Below are positions 1 through 7,601 of a DNA stretch of 64,000 nucleotides, piece by piece. Under the pieces are notes generated by a model, which did no database searches, had not been told where the DNA came from, and saw only the letters and a program-made list of their open reading frames with translations. Positions within the stretch are counted from its first letter, which is position 1. The number at the start of each line of letters is the position of its first letter. Origin of the DNA: a virus (lineage: Duplodnaviria > Heunggongvirae > Uroviricota > Caudoviricetes); IMG/VR virus record IMGVR_UViG_3300031088_000819. One strand, given 5' to 3'. A program made the position numbers and the translations under genes.

Positions 1-249
1 GAGCCCAAGCTCAACTACGAGGATTCCCCTGAGTTTCAAGCTGCTGTTTACAGAGCTGTTAGCAGCATCCTCAAAGCTGCTCCCGACGGAGAGCTGCTAG
101 ATCGAGTGGCTCAGGGAGCGGGCTTGGACCATTCGACGCTAGAGAAAAGGGCTCAGCTCTCTCAGGCGGTGGTTCGGCAGCTCTCCCGGATCTTTGAGAG
201 CTACGACAGCGCCTCTCCAACAGATCTTAGCCATCCAGGAAAGAACTAA
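1..249 (+). CDS. 3' fragment of a hypothetical protein (start lies outside the window)
   Basis: Frame 1 is open from position 1 to TAA at 247-249. GC-rich third codon positions. Confidence 0.4.
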   Translation, partial: EPKLNYEDSPEFQAAVYRAVSSILKAAPDGELLDRVAQGAGLDHSTLEKRAQLSQAVVRQLSRIFESYDSASPTDLSHPGKN

Positions 250-254
250 AGCCC

Positions 255-695
255 ATGGGTTACTACTACCACATCACAGACGCCAACTTTGAGCCGATGC
301 CGTTGAGATCTGAGCTGCAGTCCCTAGAGGAGATAAAGGATCTTCTGTTGTCCAACTCCATGGCATATGCGGATGGCGAAGAGCTGTTGGAGCACTTCCA
401 CTTTGCCCTGAACTGCGAAGTGGAAAATGGTGAGCTCCATTTGGAGCCCTTGGAGAGCTTCAAAGGCGAGCAGGCGTTTCTCGACAGCTTGGCTATTTTC
501 CTGGAGGCAACCAAGGGGATGAGACCCAGGGAGCGGGGCGGCAATCGGGGAATGGTCTTCGACTTTACCCTCGTGGGGGAAGAGTTCCCCGATTTTCAAA
601 GAGTGTCGTCGGACGGCTCAAAGTTCACCATCGCTCAGGGCCAACCCAGCTTTGGTGAGGCTAGGGATTTCCGGGGACCCCAGAGCATAGTTTGA
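255..695 (+). CDS. hypothetical protein
   Basis: 146 aa ORF with + strand codon bias. No recognisable motif. Confidence 0.5.
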   Translation: MGYYYHITDANFEPMPLRSELQSLEEIKDLLLSNSMAYADGEELLEHFHFALNCEVENGELHLEPLESFKGEQAFLDSLAIFLEATKGMRPRERGGNRGMVFDFTLVGEEFPDFQRVSSDGSKFTIAQGQPSFGEARDFRGPQSIV

Positions 696-773
696 GCGAA
701 CTAGAAACCCGCCTTTAGCACAGCTCCTAGTGGTATAGTTGCGAAGCTAGCACAGTTGATGTAGGATCATTCT

Positions 774-995
774 ATGACCACCACTGATACCACCGCCCCT
801 GAGCTGATCTGCGTGGGCTGCTCGAAGCGCCCCGTGGACATTCCCGAATATGTGGGCATGGCGGAGCTAGAGGGACTCTCCAGCGCCGACGAGTTCGTTC
901 GCCAAGAGGAAGGCACCCTCAACAGCTCCAACGGCCACTTCTGGTGCACCGATTGCTACATTGGAGCTGGCATGCCGTTGGGGGTGGCTCCCTGA
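774..995 (+). CDS. small CxxC...CxxC zinc-ribbon protein
   Basis: 73 aa with two Cys pairs. TAGGAT is 6 nt upstream of the ATG, which fits a leaderless promoter. Confidence 0.5.
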   Translation: MTTTDTTAPELICVGCSKRPVDIPEYVGMAELEGLSSADEFVRQEEGTLNSSNGHFWCTDCYIGAGMPLGVAP

Positions 996-1303
996 TGGCC
1001 GCGAAGCCGCTAACGGATGCGGAAGCCCAGCGGATTCTGCTGGCAGCTGAGAAGCAGCTCGACGCTATTCTTACGGGTAGTGATCCCGAGGATAATCCAC
1101 GATTGCAGCTGCTCCTGGCGGCCCTCCGGGCCATTCGGATCTACTCCAAGAGTGGCAATGAGATTCCAGGCTATGGTGGACTAGGTCTCCATGAGGCCGT
1201 GGCCACTGCCCAATGGGTCCTCGAGGCACAGCCCCAATCCGATCGAGAAGTCTCTGTTTTTAGCTACAAGGGGATTTTCCAACAGTTTTTGGGCATCCGA
1301 TGA
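995..1303 (+). CDS. hypothetical protein, translationally coupled to the upstream ORF
   Basis: ATG at 995 overlaps the upstream TGA (TGATG). 102 aa. Confidence 0.45.
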   Translation: MAAKPLTDAEAQRILLAAEKQLDAILTGSDPEDNPRLQLLLAALRAIRIYSKSGNEIPGYGGLGLHEAVATAQWVLEAQPQSDREVSVFSYKGIFQQFLGIR

Positions 1304-1459
1304 GTGGCTCCATCTATGAGTTTGCGGGAGTTGCCGAGGGAGACCTTAAAGCGCTGCATAGTAGTGGTCACACGATTTGGGATTGCGGGCGCTGTGGTGC
1401 GGATCCCGAAGACTGCTATTGCGAGGATTTGAGCTAATTCAGCTGGTGATTCTGCATGA

Positions 1460-1595
1460 GCTTTTGCTCTAGATTCGCGTCTGTCGCATCATCATGCGAA
1501 GTGCACAGTATCCAACAGCTCTTGGTCTTAGAGCGTGGAGATTCGATCTAGAGATGCACTGAGAGGGCCGCTCTAGCGATGATATTCAGATTGCG
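1460..1595 (+). repeat. copy A of a ~130 bp conserved intergenic element
   Basis: Near-identical to 9789-9923. More diverged copies at 46970-47103 and 56851-56990. All four are in the same orientation. Confidence 0.8.
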
Positions 1596-1830
1596 TTTTT
1601 CTCCTCTCCGGATGGCTGAGCTTTTACTCTTAGCTCCACTTGGATTTCCATCCCTGCTGGATTTTGGTGTTAATCTCATCAGGTGTGAGATTAGAGCCGT
1701 GGCGCACCACATCCGACTTAAGTCGGCATCAGCATTTGAAGGAAATATGGTCATCAGCACTTTCGAAGCCGAAGCCTTTGGCGCCGGGCCCAAACAGGTA
1801 CAGCTTAAGCTTTCGAAGATCTTTAAGCTT

Positions 1831-3096
1831 ATGATGGGACTCTCCATTGCGGCGACATTTATCGCTATCAGCATTGGTTTGGGATCCACTGAAGCCCATG
1901 CGGCGGGTATCGCCACCGAAGCAGTTCCGGTAGTAGACGCTGCAGAGATCAGCGCAGATACCTACGAAACGATTTTTGGCGAATCTGAAGCTAGTGCTAT
2001 CGCAAATGGCACAAAAGCTGACTCGATCTCTTCGGCTTCTCGCAAGGCTGCAGAAAATGAAGCCGCTCGGCTCAAGGTGAAGGTGAAGTGGATTCCCGAC
2101 GGCCAGGGCTGTGGAAGCTTCAAGCATATCCTGGGCTGCTATATCCAGGGCAATGGCCCCGAGATTCAGCTCGCTATGCGAGCCCAAAAGCTACCCGCCA
2201 AAGATGCCCGCGATGTCGTGCGCCACGAGGCCGCCCACCATGCGATTGCGGTGATGTGTGGAACTTCGTCGCCGTCGATTATCCCCAGCGGCCGTGTCGA
2301 AAATGTAACCAATGCCTATGCCAAGATCTACTACGGCATGGGAGGCCGGGAAGAGCAGATCACGAGCACTGATAGATACGTAGCTCGCCAGATCCACGAT
2401 GAGAAGCTCTGCACCAAAGAGCAGAAGCCAATGGTCGTTGTTGCCTCCGACGCAAAACTGCTGATGTGGTACGACAATAGGGACTACATTAAGCATGGCG
2501 CTGCTGTTCCACTAGCCAAAGGTTCAACCGTCACCTACTACCGCACAGAGATGGGATTCGGCTATGTGAAAGATAGCTCTGGCCGCAAGGGCTTCGTTCA
2601 TCTTTCTGCACTAACCAACAGGGATTCCAGCACCACGGTAGCCTCTGTTCCGGTTCATCGCTTTTGGAGCCCCAAGTTCGCCAACGCTCATTTCTATACC
2701 GCCGATGGCGTAGAGGCCGAGGGAGTTCGCGCAAACGACAAGAATTGGACATACGAAGGATCGAGCTTTCGCGCATATCTCCCGAAGAACGGCACCTGTC
2801 GAGAGGGCACCACAGGTGTCTACCGCTTTTGGAGTGCGAAGTTCTCCTCCCATTTCTACACGAAGAATGCAAGTGAGATGAAAAATCTCCGAGCTAAAGA
2901 TCCAAACTGGGCCTATGAGGGACTGATGTTCTGTGAGCCCACATCGGCTTCGGGAAACATTCCAGTTTACCGCTTTTGGAGCCCAAGGTATCAGAAGCAT
3001 TTCTACACAGCCAATGCTGCTGAGATGCGTTCGCTGAAGAGTAACGACCCCGCTTGGAACTACGAAGGCATCGCTTGGTACTCACCGAAAAAATAG
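1831..3096 (+). CDS. secreted protein with an HExxHH motif, an SH3b-like segment and four C-terminal YRFWSxx..HFYT repeats (DUF5648-type)
   Basis: Signal-peptide-like MMGLSIAATFIAISIGLGSTEAHAAG. HEAAHH motif. Four tandem YRFWS(P/A)KF..HFYT repeats. The longer ORF 1579-3096 shares this frame but would place the signal peptide internally. Confidence 0.6.
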   Translation: MMGLSIAATFIAISIGLGSTEAHAAGIATEAVPVVDAAEISADTYETIFGESEASAIANGTKADSISSASRKAAENEAARLKVKVKWIPDGQGCGSFKHILGCYIQGNGPEIQLAMRAQKLPAKDARDVVRHEAAHHAIAVMCGTSSPSIIPSGRVENVTNAYAKIYYGMGGREEQITSTDRYVARQIHDEKLCTKEQKPMVVVASDAKLLMWYDNRDYIKHGAAVPLAKGSTVTYYRTEMGFGYVKDSSGRKGFVHLSALTNRDSSTTVASVPVHRFWSPKFANAHFYTADGVEAEGVRANDKNWTYEGSSFRAYLPKNGTCREGTTGVYRFWSAKFSSHFYTKNASEMKNLRAKDPNWAYEGLMFCEPTSASGNIPVYRFWSPRYQKHFYTANAAEMRSLKSNDPAWNYEGIAWYSPKK

Positions 3097-3118
3097 CTAA
3101 CAGCAATGGCAATGCGTG

Positions 3119-3181
3119 TTGCATGTGGCGCTAATTCATGTATGATGGAACTACACCGCAACACCAAAGCTAAGGACTATC
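3119..3181 (+). promoter_or_regulatory. sigma70-like promoter with conserved ACACC leader
   Basis: TTGCAT at 3119-3124, N16, TATGAT at 3141-3146, then GAACTACACCGCAACACCAAAGC. Same class as 7535, 19395, 25703 and 40385. Confidence 0.5.
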
Positions 3182-3427
3182 ATGGCTGAGAACACCGCCG
3201 CCCACCAGCTGGCTCCGAGCATCACCACGATTTCCGAAGATCTCAGCCTCTCCAACATGGAGGGAACGGGAGTCTTCCAGTACTTTCTCAAAGATGGAAA
3301 GCTCGTCGCAGTTCACTACTCGGATCTTGGCGAAGTGGATGCCGCCTTCGAGCTCAACTTTACCGCTAGGGAGCTTCCCGTCACCGAGGATATTCTCGAT
3401 GGAGCCCGAGAGGCTACCGGCTATTAG
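3182..3427 (+). CDS. hypothetical protein
   Basis: 81 aa ORF downstream of the leadered promoter. Confidence 0.5.
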   Translation: MAENTAAHQLAPSITTISEDLSLSNMEGTGVFQYFLKDGKLVAVHYSDLGEVDAAFELNFTARELPVTEDILDGAREATGY

Positions 3428-3569
3428 GCCCTAGTGACTCAAACGGGGAGCATATTCCCCACAGAAACTCAATAGACTTGGCGAGGGGAGTGGTGTCCCT
3501 GAGCCAACGGGTGCAGAGTCCATCGCCATTTTTGGTTGGTGTTCAGTGGGCGATGTTGACCGCATCCAA

Positions 3570-3613
3570 GGGGCCTCCCAGGTGTTCATAGCGGGAGGCC
3601 CCATTTCTTTTTG
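3570..3613 (+). terminator. intrinsic terminator
   Basis: GGGGCCTCCC ... GGGAGGCCCC stem followed by ATTTCTTTTT. Confidence 0.7.
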
Positions 3614-3723
3614 GAGCGGCAGTTTCAGCGGCTAGATAGCAAAAGAACGTCTAAAGCTGAACTCAGCTGTCTATTGGATGATGAGCTTGTTTTGGAATAT
3701 TTCGGGCGTGTCGAGCTTTTTCC

Positions 3724-3736
3724 ATGTGTATAATAG
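3724..3736 (+). promoter_or_regulatory. extended -10 promoter
   Basis: TGTGTATAAT lies about 28 nt upstream of the ATG at 3764. Confidence 0.5.
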
Positions 3737-3763
3737 AGCTCGTATTCATATTCAGATGAATGC

Positions 3764-4435
3764 ATGATCCGGAGAGAAGCTCTGGACAGACCTTTGGAGA
3801 ATCCAATGGAAACCTCGAAGAGGAGACGACCCAATCACATCGTAGCTCTTCTGGCGGGCATCGTAGCGGTGCTCGCAGTTGCTGTACTCATTCTCAGCGT
3901 CGCTGTTGCTGGTCTTTCGGTCGGTCACAAGTCGACCGCAGCTAAGGCTGAACCTTCGAAGATGTCCCGGCAGCTCCATAAGATCCAGGACTCTTTGGTT
4001 CCCAGCTATTGGAGGGGAGACCTCGAGGGAAAGCCTGGCGCCGTCGAGCTCGAACTTCGCAGGGATGATAAGCTCGTCGCCGATGATGGCTGTAACAGAG
4101 GTTGGGGCTCCTGGAGTTCCTATGACGGTGTTCATATCCGCTTTGGCACATTTGTAAGCACCCTCAAGGGCTGTCCCGGCCTGGCGGATCTCTGGCTCTA
4201 CGATGCCTCCTACGGGGAGGTGAGCGAGGATGGTTCCACCATGGATGTCTACAACGCTGACGGCAGCTTTTTGGGGCAGCTCCATCGGATCAAGGGAATC
4301 CCTCGAGACAGCGGTGACGAGGGGAGAGCACTGGGAATGGATTGGAAACTCCAAAAGGGCATCAAGTTTCGGCCATATTTTCTTCACCACTACCACCATC
4401 CCCGTCCTCAGCCAGAGCTATCCTCCAATCGCTGA
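3764..4435 (+). CDS. membrane-anchored META (HslJ-like, DUF306) domain protein
   Basis: N-terminal TM helix IVALLAGIVAVLAVAVLILSVAVAGL. GCNRGWGSW and LKGCPG motifs typical of the META domain. Confidence 0.6.
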   Translation: MIRREALDRPLENPMETSKRRRPNHIVALLAGIVAVLAVAVLILSVAVAGLSVGHKSTAAKAEPSKMSRQLHKIQDSLVPSYWRGDLEGKPGAVELELRRDDKLVADDGCNRGWGSWSSYDGVHIRFGTFVSTLKGCPGLADLWLYDASYGEVSEDGSTMDVYNADGSFLGQLHRIKGIPRDSGDEGRALGMDWKLQKGIKFRPYFLHHYHHPRPQPELSSNR

Positions 4436-4665
4436 TTGCTGTAGCCCTGAAATTTTTGCCAGAAAAGAGTTGCGCAGCAGCTATTTCTCACATATTATGG
4501 AGCCATAAGCCAGAAGGATTCAAAAATCAGCCTGGTGGTGTAAGCTGAGCTTACAGAGCTCAATGGACAACTCAATAGCTGAGAAGGCGAAGATGGTGCT
4601 TCGCTTTCTTAGGGGTGAAAGAGTCCTCCGCCGGAGTTTGGTGTTCACATATGCCGGCGGGGTTG

Positions 4666-4706
4666 ACCTACCCCAGGGCCCGGTGGGAAACAAATCCCAT
4701 CGGGCC
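4666..4706 (+). terminator. intrinsic terminator
   Basis: GGGCCCGGTGGG ... CCCATCGGGCCC stem followed by ATTTTCTTT. Confidence 0.55.
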
Positions 4707-4830
4707 CATTTTCTTTGGACTTCGATATGCTAGCTCCGTGCGTGAACCAGCACTCCCATTCATCTGAGACTGTGTCTCCTCTCTCTAAGGATATTCCTCT
4801 ACCGTGACTACATAGGCGATTCCGTTTACA

Positions 4831-4883
4831 GTTCACCGCCCTCTGGGCAAATCTGCACCAGCAGTGGATTTCGGTGAACTGTG
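4831..4883 (+). promoter_or_regulatory. long hairpin just upstream of the Shine-Dalgarno of a small ORF
   Basis: Perfect 11 bp inverted repeat ACAGTTCACCG ... CGGTGAACTGT, 31 nt apart, ending 8 nt before the AAGGAG at 4887-4892 and 15 nt before the ATG at 4899. Confidence 0.45.
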
Positions 4884-4898
4884 GATAAGGAGAATCTC

Positions 4899-5048
4899 AT
4901 GGTAGTTGTATATGGCCCCCGCCGCATCGTCCGGGTATTCGGACGGAACTCTCAGGCGGCCTATGATTTGGCCGCTAGTCTCATGGCCAAGGGGGTGGAA
5001 GTCTGGCTGCTAAGCCAGAGAGCCGCCCACTTGGCTGAGCTGGCCTAA
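4899..5048 (+). CDS. small hypothetical protein (49 aa)
   Basis: Strong SD AAGGAG 7 nt upstream of the ATG. Followed by a GC-rich hairpin at 5056-5086. Confidence 0.4.
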   Translation: MVVVYGPRRIVRVFGRNSQAAYDLAASLMAKGVEVWLLSQRAAHLAELA

Positions 5049-5252
5049 AAGTTTTGGGGCGGAGCCCATTTAGACGGCTCCGCCCCAAAGCCCCTACCCC
5101 AGAAGTTGCGCTGCATCTATTTCTGTAGAATCGATAGGGTTAGCTAAACTCTACTTCTAGACTAAGAGGAACCCCATGAGCGCGAACTACCCCTCCTATG
5201 AGAATCCCCCTGGGGAAGTCCCCACGGCGCTCTCCCCCAGAAGAACTGGCTG

Positions 5253-5447
5253 GTGGCTGTGCTCCTATCCATTTTCCTGGGAACCCTAGGCATCGACCGT
5301 TTCTACTTGGGCCACGTTGGGCTTGGAATCGCCAAGCTGCTGCTTTCTTGGGCAACTTTTGGAATCTGGCAGATCATCGATCTCATTCTCATCTGTATCC
5401 GTAGGGTGGACTCCCGGGGATTCCGCTGGGACGATCAGCCTTACTAA
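5253..5447 (+). CDS. TM2-domain membrane protein, probably N-terminally truncated by a frameshift
   Basis: LSIFLGTLGIDRFYLGH plus a second TM helix matches the TM2 family. An upstream ORF 5176-5288 (MSANYPSYENPPGEVPTALSP) is in the +1 frame and joins across a C5 run at 5234-5238. Confidence 0.55.
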   Translation: MAVLLSIFLGTLGIDRFYLGHVGLGIAKLLLSWATFGIWQIIDLILICIRRVDSRGFRWDDQPY

Positions 5448-5567
5448 TAATCGACAGCCGTCCTTGGTCTAGCCCAACCATAGCGTAGTTGGTTGTTTTC
5501 AGCCAGGGTTCCACATATGATGGAACCATGAACGCCAGCGAAGAACTATTGTGGAAGAGGGGCTCTG

Positions 5568-5789
5568 ATGGCTAGATGCTACGGCTGGGATACCGACTAC
5601 ATCTACAATGTTTTCGGGGCAGATGAGCATCTGAGGGTAAATCTCTACAAACTCTCTAAGAGCGGTAAGCACTGGAAGCCCATAGCCTCCTGGACATATA
5701 GCACCTTTATGGCTTCCAGCATTGCTCACATGAGAGCCGAACGGCGAATCCGGAAGCTCCGACAGACCTATAACGCAGAACCTATCTAA
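5568..5789 (+). CDS. hypothetical protein
   Basis: 73 aa ORF preceded by a 15-codon mini-ORF (5528-5575) that starts at a leaderless promoter. Confidence 0.4.
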   Translation: MARCYGWDTDYIYNVFGADEHLRVNLYKLSKSGKHWKPIASWTYSTFMASSIAHMRAERRIRKLRQTYNAEPI

Positions 5790-5807
5790 ACCAGTTGGAG
5801 AATAGCA

Positions 5808-6125
5808 ATGGGCGTAGAATCCATCAAAGGAGTAGCTGAAGCTCAGTTAAATCCTAGCGCTGAGACGCTTTGGCGATTCAGCTGGGACAGCCGCATGGGG
5901 CTCGTAGAGTCCTATTTCGTGGCCACCGCCAAAGAGATCCAAGAGGCCCTGGGCGAAGAGATCTATTTCGGCGAGATCCTAGGTAAGCACTCCGAGGTTC
6001 AGGGAATCCTAGAGGCGGGAGACTTTGAGCTCATCTCTACGGATCAGCGCTTTGTCAGCTCTTTCAAGGAGCTGGTTGGCTCAACGGGCCATTGCCCACT
6101 GGACTATCTCGAAGAAGAGGGCTAA
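5808..6125 (+). CDS. hypothetical protein
   Basis: SD GGAGAAT upstream of the ATG. 105 aa. Confidence 0.5.
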   Translation: MGVESIKGVAEAQLNPSAETLWRFSWDSRMGLVESYFVATAKEIQEALGEEIYFGEILGKHSEVQGILEAGDFELISTDQRFVSSFKELVGSTGHCPLDYLEEEG

Positions 6126-6131
6126 ATGTAG

Positions 6132-6170
6132 TTGACAGGCCCCTGAGGTTCAATGTATAGTTGAACTATG
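6132..6170 (+). promoter_or_regulatory. sigma70-like leaderless promoter
   Basis: TTGACA at 6132-6137, N18, TATAGT at 6156-6161, N6, ATG at 6168. Confidence 0.55.
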
Positions 6171-6425
6171 AACGCCAACGCTACCCCTGCTACCTCCAAC
6201 ATGAGCTATAAGCTCATCTCAGCCTACGGCAATGCTGCGGCCTATGTCTGCTGGATTGCCATGGCCCTCGTGGTTCCCGGCTTCTTCCTCATCCTCGTTA
6301 ACTACGACAATGCCGTGATCCTCGACGCCATCCGGCCCTGGTTTGCTGGGCTTGCAGGCGTCTGGATCTTCTCCATCGCCTCTATGATCGCCTGCTGGAA
6401 GTTCATCCGGCGAGCTGAGGGTTGA
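6168..6425 (+). CDS. small membrane protein
   Basis: Begins MNANATPA (ATGAACGCC). Two hydrophobic helices. Confidence 0.55.
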   Translation: MNANATPATSNMSYKLISAYGNAAAYVCWIAMALVVPGFFLILVNYDNAVILDAIRPWFAGLAGVWIFSIASMIACWKFIRRAEG

Positions 6426-6550
6426 CATCTCCGGAAAAGATTGTTAGCATAGATTTGTGGGCTCCTAGAAGCATCTACTTATGAGAAAATAGTTCACGTA
6501 TTACCCCCGATGTTTCGATTTTCCCACCTTTGATTTCAAAGCTCCCCGGC

Positions 6551-6588
6551 CCACAAGGGCCGGGGAGCTTTATGCTTTAGCTCCAAAA
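6551..6588 (+). terminator. intrinsic terminator
   Basis: GCTCCCCGGCCC acaa GGGCCGGGGAGC stem followed by TTTATGCTTT. Confidence 0.7.
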
Positions 6589-6690
6589 CCTAAGACGGAG
6601 CGGCCAAAGTAGCGAGCCACTCGATATAGCTAACATTCGATGCTCAAACCGAGTGTAGATGTGGCACACATGCCAATAAAATAGGAGCTA

Positions 6691-7521
6691 ATGATGGCGC
6701 CAGAAAGCATAGCTAGCAACTCCACGCGGTCCCGAAAAACCCTCGCTGGCATAGCCATGGGCTCCATCGCCATCGCGGGAGTGCTAGCGGCTGCGGCAGT
6801 TGCCCTCGGTGGAGACATCTGGAAGGCTTCAAGCACAGCTGGAATCATTTTCCTAGCTACTATGCTGCTTCTCGTCTCCTTCGTGGCTGTCCACCGCTGG
6901 CTCAGGGTGAGCCAATGGGTGCTTGCGCCGATAGTAGCGCTGCTGAGCTCAATTCAGATCTGGTGGGATGGGGACTATGGGGTTGAGCGGGTAGGCCCCA
7001 CTGGAGAGCTCGCCTATATGAGAACTGATTATGGCATATTCTCAGACTGGTCTATGGGGCTCTGGTGGATAGTAGGCGCCTTAGTGCTGCTTTCTTTCTT
7101 CTCTCGGACCTGGGAGGCTCTAAAAAATAGCCCAAGCCATCGGGCGGCTATCTCTTTGGTCTACTACGCTGTATTTGCCATCACCTTGGTGGCCGCCACA
7201 GTCGCCCTGGTGAGCTCCGGCCTAGAGATCGAAGGCGATTCGGTCTATTTGCTCCAGAGCGTGCTTGCGATTCTGGGGCTCACGGGTGCTACTATAGTTA
7301 TCATTAGCGCCTTCGTGAATAGGCCAAAGAGGCAGAGCCAAGAAATCCAAATCCCCGCCAATAGTCCTCAACTACCGGAGGCCGTCATAGCTCGGATTGT
7401 GGATGCGAGAATCGCAGAGCTCCTGGATAGCCCAGCCTGGAGGGATCTTTTTAGAGAGAAGCTCCAGCTAGAGCGCAGCGAAGATAGCGCCAAATCCCTT
7501 CCCGAAGACCTGGAGAAATAG
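6691..7521 (+). CDS. polytopic membrane protein
   Basis: SD AGGAG upstream. About six hydrophobic helices. Confidence 0.6.
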   Translation: MMAPESIASNSTRSRKTLAGIAMGSIAIAGVLAAAAVALGGDIWKASSTAGIIFLATMLLLVSFVAVHRWLRVSQWVLAPIVALLSSIQIWWDGDYGVERVGPTGELAYMRTDYGIFSDWSMGLWWIVGALVLLSFFSRTWEALKNSPSHRAAISLVYYAVFAITLVAATVALVSSGLEIEGDSVYLLQSVLAILGLTGATIVIISAFVNRPKRQSQEIQIPANSPQLPEAVIARIVDARIAELLDSPAWRDLFREKLQLERSEDSAKSLPEDLEK

Positions 7522-7534
7522 TTCCTCGAAGTAG

Positions 7535-7601
7535 TTGCATTTGATCTGTTTCTGTGTTAGAGTAGGTATCACACCAAACCAACCACAGAGATGGAGCAAC
7601 C
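7535..7601 (+). promoter_or_regulatory. sigma70-like promoter with CA-rich leader
   Basis: TTGCAT at 7535-7540, N17, TAGAGT at 7558-7563, then leader CACACCAAACCAACCAC. Confidence 0.5.

Noticed and set aside
1497-1512. TCGCAT catc ATGCGA hairpin as the conserved structural core of the repeat element
   Set aside because: Intact in copies A and B, one mismatch in C, and not formed in D. So it is not supported by covariation.
1579-1830. N-terminal extension of ORF 1579-3096, starting at the ATG that ends repeat copy A
   Set aside because: It would place the signal peptide about 85 residues inside the protein. The ATG is not conserved in the other three copies of the element. A start at 1831 (or 1747) is more plausible.
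5056-5086. GC-rich 11 bp hairpin after the 49 aa ORF as a rho-independent terminator
   Set aside because: No U tract follows on either strand. It may be an I-shaped actinobacterial terminator but cannot be called confidently.
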